56,648 nt of DNA from Candidatus Thorarchaeota archaeon. Its GTDB lineage: Archaea; Asgardarchaeota; Thorarchaeia; Thorarchaeales; Thorarchaeaceae. The notes beneath the pieces were generated by a model. The model did no database searches, was not told the origin of the DNA, and saw only the letters and a program-made list of their open reading frames with translations. Below, piece after piece: positions 18,249 through 27,687 of the stretch. Position numbers and translations under genes: made by a program. The stretch covers positions 1-56,648 of the forward strand of contig JBHLRP010000021.1 of the NCBI GenBank assembly GCA_048882485.1, in the 5' to 3' direction. The first letter of the stretch is position 1. Every line of letters starts with the position of its first letter.

Positions 18249-20207
18249 TCATCCTATTAGACGGCGTCGCCATAGAATCGGTATGCTAGCAAGTGCAACT
18301 GATATGCCAAGGCTGAGTACAATGAAGGGAATTCCTACACCTTGACCAGCCATTGCTTCTGCGCTAGAGATGATAATGATGTGGTATCCAGTGGAAGATT
18401 GTGCAAACGCGGCTTCCTCCGTTTCATAATACAGATTATAGACACCTGATTCCGTGGGAATGCGAAGGCCAATCTCTACAATACCCGACTCGTGACTCTT
18501 AACAAGACTTCTTTGGCCTAGCCACTCATAAGACAGATTTACATCTTCTAGAGGAGTGCCATTCAGTGCTATGATGGACAATTGAACTGCAATTTCTTGA
18601 AGAGATGGATAAACCGAATAATCCATCATATTCACAGCTACCGGAACGACTCTGCTGACAATGATTTCATATTCTAAGACTGCAGGTAGTTCGTAGTTTA
18701 GTATGCTACCATTATAGCTTATGACTAATAGATGGGGACCTTCTACTGAAGAAACAGGAAATGCGGCTTCAGCAACACCATCGTTATTGGTGGTAGAAGT
18801 AGTCACCAGTTGGTTTCCAATTTGCCATGCAATTGGTCGTTCTGACATATTTATTCCACTTGCATTTAGCTGAACTTGGAATGTCACAACTTGAGAAGGC
18901 GATGCATAGCCTAGTATGTTTTGATAGGTCATGATGATATTCGGTTGCGACCAAACTATAACTGGGATTATTCTAGTTTTATCAGTCAAGAATGAATGTG
19001 AAACCTCGAACTGTAGATTTCTGGGTCCAAGAAGGCCATTGAATGTAATGCGTGAAGTGGTTGTGATTTGTCCAAGGGAGAATGATATCAAATGCGACTC
19101 GTGAGTAAGTTCATCAAATAGCGTTATAGTGGCATTGGGAATCGGTCTCATAAAGAGATCATGGAGCGTCACTTGGACTTCAGATTCTACTCCTACAGGG
19201 ATTGAATCTGGCAACTCGATGTAAATTGTTGCGGGGCTTATCACAGATATGTCAACTTCGATGTATGATGATTCATAACGGAAGGTTCCCGAATATTCTA
19301 TCTTAATGGTATGCATCCCAAGCATATACCGTGAATCAATATCCAGACTTAGCTGTGCAATACCATCTATGTCGCTCACGATAGCATCTATTGGATTTTC
19401 ATCAAGAAACACAGCAAGTGATGCATCGGAGTGATTCTGACCCTCAGCCCGAACTGTCATCTGCAACCAGAATGAGTCATTCAAATGAACAGTAGAGTTG
19501 TAGAAATCTTCTATTTCAATAGACGTTGCTATTTGGTGAACGTTCACAGATATCGGACTCTGTGAACCGTTTAGAAAGCGTACCATATCCTGTTCAAAGA
19601 CTATTCTCAATGTGTTTTGTCCAATGATGCACCATGTGTTATTGCAATCTATAATGAAAGCTGCATAGCCGCTAGCATTCGTTGGGGCAACTGCTAGAAG
19701 GGTACCTTCACTATAGACAGCCATAGTGACCCCACTAATTGATGAATTATGGTCATCAGTGATTTTGGCGGTAAGAACAATTTCATCCTCTGGGTGAATA
19801 GAGTTCTCATCGACTTGAACCTCTATGACTGTCATAGAAACCACAATGACTGAAGACCATTGGCAGGAAGGAGATAGAGAAAGGGAAGTGTTTCCCTCAA
19901 ATGTTACATTTAGCATGCACAGCCCCAAAGGGTGATTAATCGAAATGTTCCAAAGCACTGTTGCATAGCCATTAGTGTCTGTCAAGGCAGATCCAATGAA
20001 GATATCTTGCGTCTGATCGTAGAAGAGAAGACGCTGGTTGATTACTGGATCTCCGAAAGTGCCGTTTTGAAGGAGTCTTGCAGTGATAGGCACCAATTCT
20101 CCGCGCACGACAAGGATTTCCTCTGCCGATGCTACATCTGCAGTCAAACTAGATACTAAGAACAGTGCTGCCAATATCATTACTATTCCTGTGCAGACTC
20201 GCTTCAA
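18249..20207 (-). CDS. Membrane-anchored surface protein with Ig-like (Big) repeats
   Basis: Signal peptide, repeated TDxNGxA/YxGx..Y beta motifs, C-terminal TM helix plus RRR. Confidence 0.85.
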   Translation of the reverse strand: MKRVCTGIVMILAALFLVSSLTADVASAEEILVVRGELVPITARLLQNGTFGDPVINQRLLFYDQTQDIFIGSALTDTNGYATVLWNISINHPLGLCMLNVTFEGNTSLSLSPSCQWSSVIVVSMTVIEVQVDENSIHPEDEIVLTAKITDDHNSSISGVTMAVYSEGTLLAVAPTNASGYAAFIIDCNNTWCIIGQNTLRIVFEQDMVRFLNGSQSPISVNVHQIATSIEIEDFYNSTVHLNDSFWLQMTVRAEGQNHSDASLAVFLDENPIDAIVSDIDGIAQLSLDIDSRYMLGMHTIKIEYSGTFRYESSYIEVDISVISPATIYIELPDSIPVGVESEVQVTLHDLFMRPIPNATITLFDELTHESHLISFSLGQITTTSRITFNGLLGPRNLQFEVSHSFLTDKTRIIPVIVWSQPNIIMTYQNILGYASPSQVVTFQVQLNASGINMSERPIAWQIGNQLVTTSTTNNDGVAEAAFPVSSVEGPHLLVISYNGSILNYELPAVLEYEIIVSRVVPVAVNMMDYSVYPSLQEIAVQLSIIALNGTPLEDVNLSYEWLGQRSLVKSHESGIVEIGLRIPTESGVYNLYYETEEAAFAQSSTGYHIIIISSAEAMAGQGVGIPFIVLSLGISVALASIPILWRRRLIG

Positions 20208-20370
20208 ATGCAGTCACCTCGTTTATTGTGAAATAGATTGCAGCTATGCAAAAGGCTCATGCATAGTGTGTTCTGAATTCTCTCATGAGTCTGTATTCGA
20301 GTTTTTAATCTCCTACCGAACTATCAGATTCTGGAGGAGTTCATATGTAATTGTAAATCACCAAGGGTAG

Positions 20371-20399
20371 ACTGTGAATTTGCAAGAGACATTCACAGT
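20371..20399. promoter_or_regulatory. Inverted repeat ACTGTGAAT-N11-ATTCACAGT in the divergent promoter of the surface protein and VirB4-like genes
   Basis: Perfect 9-bp arms; TGTGAAT also clusters at 30006-30419. Confidence 0.5.
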
Positions 20400-20427
20400 G
20401 CTCTAGCTCCGAACGGGTGATGACGCA

Positions 20428-23400
20428 GTGTCCAGTCATGAATTGAGCGAGGGAGGTCGATTTAGAGTGCCATCTAGGAAGAATCATCCAAAGCGATGGA
20501 AATGGATTGAGCTCGGATGGCTTACTGGCATTGGTATCCTAGCTTTCTACTTTATAGTAGTCTACATGCTCCCGCTACTAGGACTAATCACCCCAGTTTT
20601 GATCCCATTGAAACTGCTTATTGAGATCATAATCTCCATAGCTCCAATATTGATGGGCGTGCTAGTGGCTCGCAGAAAGCTAGTTTCTGAGCAGACATTG
20701 ACTGCAGTCTTGGATGATGATTTGGTGTCAATGGACATTGGAAACCATACTGTGGCGGGATGCTGTCTTGATATCATGTCTGCACCTGGCTCAGTCCATA
20801 TTGCTCGGAACGATCGGCCGGAGTATGCTACTGCATTCCTTCTAGCACTTCGTGCAGGAATGAATGAGAAGGTAAGTATGGCATATGAAGTGGGTGTTTC
20901 GAGGGGTGAGGCTTTTCTACGGATTTTCATAACTGGAATAGGCAAGAATAAAGAAGAGGTTGGGAGTATTCTTAGACATGAGGCAACTCGAGCCGAGGCC
21001 ATTTTGATATCCTCTCTTAACAATGTGGAACTCCATCAGCTTAGAGGAGAGAGCCTCAGGGAAGCGGTATCGGGCATCCTTTCTCTTGACTTGGAGGGAA
21101 ACTCATCCAGAGATCTGCATACTGTATTGTTGCTAATTAATGGAGAGCCGCGAGTCGCGCCCAGTCTGGAAAGCTCTCAGATTGGGACTTTTCTCTCGAC
21201 TTCACTTCGGCAAGGATACGACGTAAGTCTCACATGCGTTTTTTCGAAAGCCAAACCTGGACGTGAACAGAGAAAACTGGAAGGGCAATGGAAATCAATT
21301 CGCGAGAAAGAAAAACGTAATGAAGACTCCCTGGCAGACCATTCAGAGAAGAAGAAGCTGTTACGCGATTATGAGGAGATACAGGGGAATACCAGTTGGT
21401 TTGATTCCTCAGTTTCTCTTGCGATAAGAACAGATAGTTCCGAACATCTTTCAAGCATTCAAGAAGCGGTGTGTGGTGTCGTTCACTCAATATGGGGAGG
21501 CGATAGCAAACTCAAATTGAAACCTAAAGCCATAGGGAAGGGTATAGCTTACAAACTCCTTCTTAGAAGACATATTGAGTCACAAAGGACTCATGTGAGT
21601 AGATTGGCAGCTTTCTTGAATACACCGGTCCAGCAGTTACCTGTCATTGCCGCATCCCCCGTGCCCACCTTCTCAATTCCATCAAGAAGATTGGTGAGTA
21701 ATGAGTTCGTCATTGGAAGAGCTGTCTTTGGCGGGCGCCGAATAAATGATGTCGGTTTGAAGCCTGAATGGCTTCGGGAACATGTAGCGGTACTGGGAGC
21801 AACAGGTACTGGAAAGACTACTCTTGTGAAACACCTTATTGCCGAACTAAGTAAGAAGTCGAGTGTTCCGTGGTGGATTTTTGATGTAAAGGGATCTGAG
21901 TATCAAGAATTAGTGGGCCTCTGTGACGATGATGTCCTCGTATTGAAACCTGGAGTAGATCCATCATTCGTGATTGATTTCATGGACCCGGAAACTGATT
22001 CTGGGGAGAGGCATGCATATACTACCTTTGCAATATTGAGAGAACTCCTAAACGAGAGGGGTGTTTCTTCAGAACTCTCGCCTGCAATGGAAAAGCTTCT
22101 TCGTGAAGCAGTTCTAGAGATTGCGCGTGCATCAAATAATGACAACTCGATTCAAGCACTGATTCGTGAGGTATCAGACCTTGCAGGAAAGGATCGGACA
22201 GCTATCATGACTAGAGATGCACTCCTTAATCGTCTGGAGATTCTATCCAGAGAGCCCCTTGGGACTATTCTAAGTGGCGGTCGAGATGCAGTAAAGATCT
22301 CGAACCTTATGGAGAAGCGGGTGATTCTTGACCTGCAGTATGTTGCTAGGACGGGTGGAATGGATGCCGCTCGTTTGCTGTATAATCTCATAGCTAAGCG
22401 CATCTTTGACTACGCATTGCACAGGGGGATAAAGCCAGGTCTTCATCATTTAGTAGTCCTCGAAGAAGCCAGTAATCTTGTACCTGAAAGCTATACGAGG
22501 CATACAGCTGCAGATATCACCACTGGAGAGTCGATGGTTATGCTCCAACGAGCAACAGGGCAAGGTGTAGTTGTGATATCAACTAGACCGAATGTGTCTT
22601 CGAATATTCTGGCAAACACAGCCACGAAAATTGCTTTTCGACTTCCCTATGATAGTCCCATTGGTGCCAGATTCATGTCTCTTGATGAGGAACAGGAGCG
22701 GTACCTTAAGACACTAAAGCGTGGAAGAGCGCTGATTGTCTTACCCGGGACAGAGCCGTTTGAGATCGCAACGCGACCATTTGAAATAACCAGCATTCTT
22801 GAGAGACCGTCTTTTGAGTCAAGACCTCATGATGAAGGAGCAATTCTAGAACACAAAGATACCTCTCTAGAACATGATACAACAGTTCAGTCTGGAAGCT
22901 TTGGCTCTTCTTCGAAACCGATGGGAGCGGTGTATGATCGATTGGGAGAATTGGGGTCGCATATTGTAGCATTTCTTGCCTCTCGGAATATGGCAAATCA
23001 AGCTGAAATGGAGGAGATTCTGACCGCAATCGATTCAAGAATGGAAAGTGACGACATAGGTGAAGTCATTCGTGACTTGGTATCCTTGGGGACAATTGAT
23101 AGAGAAGCTTTGCCAATTGTACCAGGCGACTTCATTTTTACTTTGCCGGGAAAAGGACTTGATGCAGTAAGAATGGTGATAACTGACTATATTATCGAGA
23201 AGCTTGGCTTGCATGATGTCACATGGGAACGAAATTTAGATGATGGACCAGATATCGTTCTCGACGACAGGGCCATTTTGATACTTCCTCAACATCTCAA
23301 AGCATCATCAATGAAGACAACAGTCACTAGAATTCGGAATTACATGAATAATCTGGGTAATGATTTCATCGAATTGATTGTTGTCGTCAGAGGGAGTGTT

Positions 23401-24201
23401 GCAGCAGCCAAGCTCAGGGAGGTGATGAGTGAAACAGATGAGTTTGACGCAGTAGGCATAGTTTCGGCATTTCCCAGTTCACTTGACGCAATGATTGAGA
23501 ATCTAGCAATGGGAACCTCAACTAATGTAGACTTGACAACTAGCGAGGATAAGGCCAAGGCGGATGCTGGAGTGAATCTCATTGGCGCTATGCATGACGT
23601 TGGAACAGCGACAAACCGTGCAATACAGATGCGACTATGGTTTCAGTTGATACAGGATTTCGTGGATTTGTCGAATGGTAGAACCGAATGGAATGTCTTA
23701 CTAGAGTTCATTGAAACAACCGCCCTTCAATCGCTTAAGGGGAAAACCACTCCAATGAATATGGAGGAAGGAAAGCGTGCATTGACAGAGCTGCTAGCGG
23801 ATGAAGTCCTGATGGCTCTGCGTGTTGGGAATGGTCTTGATTTCATTGATTTGGAGGAGGGGCTCTGGATTGTGAACTCTGGTGAACTAGGAAAGCTCAA
23901 GGATTCAGCTGTTAGTGCTCTCGAAAAGGAACTACGAAAGCGGCAGAATTCGGTTTCCCGTAATCATGGCTACTATGATCTTTGTACAAATGGCGTTTCG
24001 TATGTTGTCTTTCCAAATCAGCAACAGCTAAACACGTTGCTTCACCTTCAAAGTGATATTGCATGCAGGACTTGCAAGTCAGGAAGAATTGTCTGTGTAT
24101 TAACTGCCGCTGAGTATCTGGAAGAAACGGTGGTTATGCCGAACAATATTCTACTCTATGACTTCTCGGAGTATGTTTCTGTGGCCAGTGCGGCAGGATA
24201 A
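20428..24201 (+). CDS. Membrane-anchored HerA/VirB4-like (DUF87) ATPase with long C-terminal extension
   Basis: N-terminal TM helices; HVAVLGATGTGKT, IFDVKGSEY, VVLEEASN, LKRGRAL. Confidence 0.82.
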   Translation: MSSHELSEGGRFRVPSRKNHPKRWKWIELGWLTGIGILAFYFIVVYMLPLLGLITPVLIPLKLLIEIIISIAPILMGVLVARRKLVSEQTLTAVLDDDLVSMDIGNHTVAGCCLDIMSAPGSVHIARNDRPEYATAFLLALRAGMNEKVSMAYEVGVSRGEAFLRIFITGIGKNKEEVGSILRHEATRAEAILISSLNNVELHQLRGESLREAVSGILSLDLEGNSSRDLHTVLLLINGEPRVAPSLESSQIGTFLSTSLRQGYDVSLTCVFSKAKPGREQRKLEGQWKSIREKEKRNEDSLADHSEKKKLLRDYEEIQGNTSWFDSSVSLAIRTDSSEHLSSIQEAVCGVVHSIWGGDSKLKLKPKAIGKGIAYKLLLRRHIESQRTHVSRLAAFLNTPVQQLPVIAASPVPTFSIPSRRLVSNEFVIGRAVFGGRRINDVGLKPEWLREHVAVLGATGTGKTTLVKHLIAELSKKSSVPWWIFDVKGSEYQELVGLCDDDVLVLKPGVDPSFVIDFMDPETDSGERHAYTTFAILRELLNERGVSSELSPAMEKLLREAVLEIARASNNDNSIQALIREVSDLAGKDRTAIMTRDALLNRLEILSREPLGTILSGGRDAVKISNLMEKRVILDLQYVARTGGMDAARLLYNLIAKRIFDYALHRGIKPGLHHLVVLEEASNLVPESYTRHTAADITTGESMVMLQRATGQGVVVISTRPNVSSNILANTATKIAFRLPYDSPIGARFMSLDEEQERYLKTLKRGRALIVLPGTEPFEIATRPFEITSILERPSFESRPHDEGAILEHKDTSLEHDTTVQSGSFGSSSKPMGAVYDRLGELGSHIVAFLASRNMANQAEMEEILTAIDSRMESDDIGEVIRDLVSLGTIDREALPIVPGDFIFTLPGKGLDAVRMVITDYIIEKLGLHDVTWERNLDDGPDIVLDDRAILILPQHLKASSMKTTVTRIRNYMNNLGNDFIELIVVVRGSVAAAKLREVMSETDEFDAVGIVSAFPSSLDAMIENLAMGTSTNVDLTTSEDKAKADAGVNLIGAMHDVGTATNRAIQMRLWFQLIQDFVDLSNGRTEWNVLLEFIETTALQSLKGKTTPMNMEEGKRALTELLADEVLMALRVGNGLDFIDLEEGLWIVNSGELGKLKDSAVSALEKELRKRQNSVSRNHGYYDLCTNGVSYVVFPNQQQLNTLLHLQSDIACRTCKSGRIVCVLTAAEYLEETVVMPNNILLYDFSEYVSVASAAG

Positions 24202-24213
24202 TAACTATTGAAG

Positions 24214-25017
24214 TTAGAGTCGTATTCTTGTGCATCGAGTGGTCTTTCCAGAAAGCAAAGAAGACAATCGATTTGGCACTCCAAGATTAAATATTGCTAT
24301 GTCTATTTCAAGACCAGCCAGTGTGAAGATATCGCCAAGTTTCTTTTCCATTCCACCTGTGACGTCCGTAGCTGAGGATGGACCAGCTCCGTCAAGAATG
24401 GTATCTATGTTTGTTGCATCGATTACTTCTATATGCGCTGCTTTTGGATTGATCTGAGGATCTTCCTCAAGAACTCCGTTTACATCCGTTCCAATGTAGA
24501 GAGAAGTGGCTCTTAGCTTTTTAGCAAGATAGACAGCAATTGTATCACCACTGAGAATCGAAGCACCAAGAGATTCGTCAAAGCAGACATCTCCATGTGT
24601 GATGACAGTGAGGCTGGACCGAATTGCCTTCTCAATGAATGATGTTTGAAAGCTGACAATTTCCTTGTTATCTAGGCTGGCCATAAGAAAGGGTGGTAGT
24701 ACGACTCCCTGAATGCCTGCATCATTCAGACTTTGTTCGACCGCAGTTGAAAGGACTGACATATTGTGACGTATTGATGGGATTCCCTGAAGTAATTGCT
24801 CTGATGAAGTTGATGGATTGCCAAAGCCATGTCTGTGAGCCGCTTGATGTCCATGTGCACCGCCGCCTAGAATTATAATCAGCGGCTCGCTCGAGGTCTT
24901 CAATTCTTGGACAATACGAGATAGGTTTTCCTGATTGACTGTGGGAGGAGACATACCCTTGTGAGTTATGACTGATCCTCCCAGCTTTACTATTGTAAGC
25001 CCATTCACATCCAACAC
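24214..25017 (-). CDS. ipk: Isopentenyl phosphate kinase (start GTG about 25017)
   Basis: KLGGSVIT, GGGAHGH, HGDV, SGD, DVTGGM. Confidence 0.9.
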   Translation of the reverse strand: MLDVNGLTIVKLGGSVITHKGMSPPTVNQENLSRIVQELKTSSEPLIIILGGGAHGHQAAHRHGFGNPSTSSEQLLQGIPSIRHNMSVLSTAVEQSLNDAGIQGVVLPPFLMASLDNKEIVSFQTSFIEKAIRSSLTVITHGDVCFDESLGASILSGDTIAVYLAKKLRATSLYIGTDVNGVLEEDPQINPKAAHIEVIDATNIDTILDGAGPSSATDVTGGMEKKLGDIFTLAGLEIDIAIFNLGVPNRLSSLLSGKTTRCTRIRL

Positions 25018-25069
25018 TCGTTTCGTTTGGTCGCTTTCATACTTATGGACATTGTCATCTAGATTGTAA

Positions 25070-25081
25070 GAACACGTGTTC
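25070..25081. promoter_or_regulatory. GAACACGTGTTC palindrome between divergent ipk and rps10
   Basis: Same 12-bp core as the origin-flanking palindromes. Confidence 0.55.
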
Positions 25082-25162
25082 CAAGCCATTACACAAGACA
25101 ACCTTTTTATCCGAATGAAATTCCGTTGCGTCATCTACCTCGAAGACGAGGCTGAACCTATA

Positions 25163-25474
25163 ATGACCCAGAAAGCACGGATTCGACTGTCAAGCACGAG
25201 TACAGAACACCTAGACGGTGTCTGTAATCAGATTAGACGCATAACTCGAAAGACAGGGGTCCGAATGTCAGGTCCAATTCCGTTACCTACACGAAGAATG
25301 GTCATTCCCACACGCAAGACTCCATGCGGACAAGGATCTGAGTCATGGGACAAGTGGGAGATGAGAATTCACAAACGTCTGATTGACATCGATGCAGATG
25401 AACGTGCGATTCGTCAAATTATGCGTGTACGAATCCCGGATTCTGTCTATATTGAAATCGAACTCACTGGTTAG
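25163..25474 (+). CDS. rps10: 30S ribosomal protein S10 (uS10)
   Basis: [38 protein letters not shown]. Confidence 0.97.
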   Translation: MTQKARIRLSSTSTEHLDGVCNQIRRITRKTGVRMSGPIPLPTRRMVIPTRKTPCGQGSESWDKWEMRIHKRLIDIDADERAIRQIMRVRIPDSVYIEIELTG

Positions 25475-25554
25475 GACATTTGTGTCATCTACACAAACTC
25501 TTTTTGGTGTAGGGTTACTGTTGTGCATCCATAGAGAGCCTGAGGACCTTGTAG

Positions 25555-27378
25555 ATGTGTGGTATAATAGGTGTCGTTCAGAAGCGTGGTCAAGTAGCTC
25601 CGTTTCTGCACCAAGCATTGAAGCGCCTTGAATATCGTGGATACGATTCTGTCGGCGTAACAACCATTTCAGACAACAAGCTGCACATGAAAAAGGACAA
25701 GGGTAAGATTGAGGAGGTCCACATGAAGCTCAACCTTGATGAGATGCCTGGTAGTATCGGGATTGGGCATACTCGTTGGGCGACTCATGGAATACCGTCA
25801 ATGTATAACTCTCATCCACACTTCGATTGCAGTAATCAGGTTGCTGTTGTGCATAATGGAGTCATTGACAACTTCCTAGAGCTTAGAAAGGAGCTTGCAT
25901 CGAAAGGACACAAATTCGGCTCTGAAACCGACACTGAAGTTATTCCTCATATGATTGAGGATTATGTCGCTGATGGCATGAATCTGACTGAAGCAGTTAC
26001 GAAAGTCACTAAGAGAATCGAGGGCACATATGCTATTGTTGCCATGATGATAAAAGAGCCAGGCAAGATTGTTTGTACTCGTGATGGCAATCCCCTTGTT
26101 TTAGGGAGAAAGGAGGGGGCAACTTACGTGTCATCTGATATCCCTGCATTCTTGCCGATGACTAATGACATGATTTTGCTCCTTGATGGAGAAGTCGCAA
26201 CACTGACTACTGATAATGTTGAGATTAAGAAGCTCTCTGATGGAAGCATAGTGGAGAGGGAATCTATCGAAATCAGTTGGACTGCAGATCAGGCGCAGAA
26301 AGGCGGGTTTCCTCATTTCATGTTGAAAGAAATACATGAACAGCCTGATGCAATCAGAAACACATTGAGACTGAGACCGGAAGTTCTGCAGCATGCCGCC
26401 AAATTGATTCTTGAGAGCAAGAATATCTACATCCTAGCAATGGGTACATCTGGACATGCAGCGATAGCTGGAAAGCATATGTTCGCGTCTCTTGGTGGAG
26501 TGGTACCTAGATTTGAACTTGCCAGTGATTTTCCTGATACAGTATATAATGCCTTGTCTGAGGATGACTGTATAATAGCCATTACACAATCAGGAGAAAC
26601 GACTGATACTATTTTTGCTGTGAAGTACGCGAAGACATTCGGAACGAAGGTGCTAGCTGTCACTAATGTTGTTGGGAGCTCAATAACACGAGTAGCCGAC
26701 CACACGATCATCACTCAGGCTGGTCCAGAAATCGGAGTGGCCGCTACTAAGACTTTCATGGTTCAGCTCACGGCATTGGCCCAGATAGCTCTGGTGCTTG
26801 GAGAGATAACTGGGATTGTAGATAGGAAACTGTTGGAGAAGAAACGTGAGAGTCTGAAGAAACTTCCAGAGATTATTTCAGAGGTCATCTCAAGAAATGA
26901 GGAACAAGCTAGACGTCTTGCAGGAATGTTCTATGATAGGCCGAGTCTTCTCTTTCTAGGACGGGGTATATCTCAGGCTACAGCTGAAGAGGGGGCTCTC
27001 AAACTAAAGGAGATAGCATATAATCATGCTGAGGCTTATTCAGCCGGACTGTCTAAACATGGACCTATTGCATTAGTCCATGATGGATATCCTGTGGTTT
27101 TCATCGCGCCAAGAGATGAAACCAGAAGCAGACTCATCGGGAATATCATGGAAATGAAAGCTCGGGGGGCGGCAATCATTTCAGTTATCGAGAAGGGTGA
27201 TGAGGAGCTGGAAAGTCTCTCTGACTATCTATTCACTGTACCCAAAGGAGTCGATTCTGAGTTTTCTGTAATGCCCTACATTGTACCACTTCAACTCTTC
27301 AGCTATTACATGGCTCGGAGGAAGGGCTATGATCCGGACAAGCCTCGGAACCTGGCAAAGTCTGTGACTGTTCTTTGA
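25555..27378 (+). CDS. glmS: Glutamine--fructose-6-phosphate transaminase
   Basis: MCGI, LEYRGYDS, GHTRWATHG, QSGET, PRNLAKSVTV. Confidence 0.97.
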   Translation: MCGIIGVVQKRGQVAPFLHQALKRLEYRGYDSVGVTTISDNKLHMKKDKGKIEEVHMKLNLDEMPGSIGIGHTRWATHGIPSMYNSHPHFDCSNQVAVVHNGVIDNFLELRKELASKGHKFGSETDTEVIPHMIEDYVADGMNLTEAVTKVTKRIEGTYAIVAMMIKEPGKIVCTRDGNPLVLGRKEGATYVSSDIPAFLPMTNDMILLLDGEVATLTTDNVEIKKLSDGSIVERESIEISWTADQAQKGGFPHFMLKEIHEQPDAIRNTLRLRPEVLQHAAKLILESKNIYILAMGTSGHAAIAGKHMFASLGGVVPRFELASDFPDTVYNALSEDDCIIAITQSGETTDTIFAVKYAKTFGTKVLAVTNVVGSSITRVADHTIITQAGPEIGVAATKTFMVQLTALAQIALVLGEITGIVDRKLLEKKRESLKKLPEIISEVISRNEEQARRLAGMFYDRPSLLFLGRGISQATAEEGALKLKEIAYNHAEAYSAGLSKHGPIALVHDGYPVVFIAPRDETRSRLIGNIMEMKARGAAIISVIEKGDEELESLSDYLFTVPKGVDSEFSVMPYIVPLQLFSYYMARRKGYDPDKPRNLAKSVTVL

Positions 27379-27415
27379 GGACTTTAAATCTACACTTCAT
27401 TGGATTATGTAGTGT

Positions 27416-27673
27416 GTGAAACCAATGCTTGCATATTTACTTAGTCCGTTGGCTGACTTTGCAAACCTGATAGCAGGCTACTTTGCAGAAATATGGGACT
27501 TCCTGATTTTCATAGGTGGAGTTTCTGCAGCGATAGTCGTCCTCGCGGGAGCAATTCTATGGTTCACAGAGGTAAACTCGAAGCGTGGGAAAGGTCTGGT
27601 GATGAGTGGAGTACTTCTCGCGGTAATCGTGCAGTACTTCATCATGTATCCTCCCGTTTTTGGTGTTGGCTAA
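27416..27673 (+). CDS. Small two-TM protein resembling VirB2/TrbC/CedA1-type pilins
   Basis: Amphipathic N-terminus, helix-loop-helix AGAILWFT-EVNSKRGK-GLVMSGVLL. Confidence 0.5.
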   Translation: MKPMLAYLLSPLADFANLIAGYFAEIWDFLIFIGGVSAAIVVLAGAILWFTEVNSKRGKGLVMSGVLLAVIVQYFIMYPPVFGVG

Positions 27674-27687
27674 GCCCTTTCCTGGAA

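Noticed and set aside
12325-24201. Integrated conjugative element at tRNA-Glu
   Set aside because: No integrase, relaxase or att duplication; interspersed with core genes (rpo8, tRNA).
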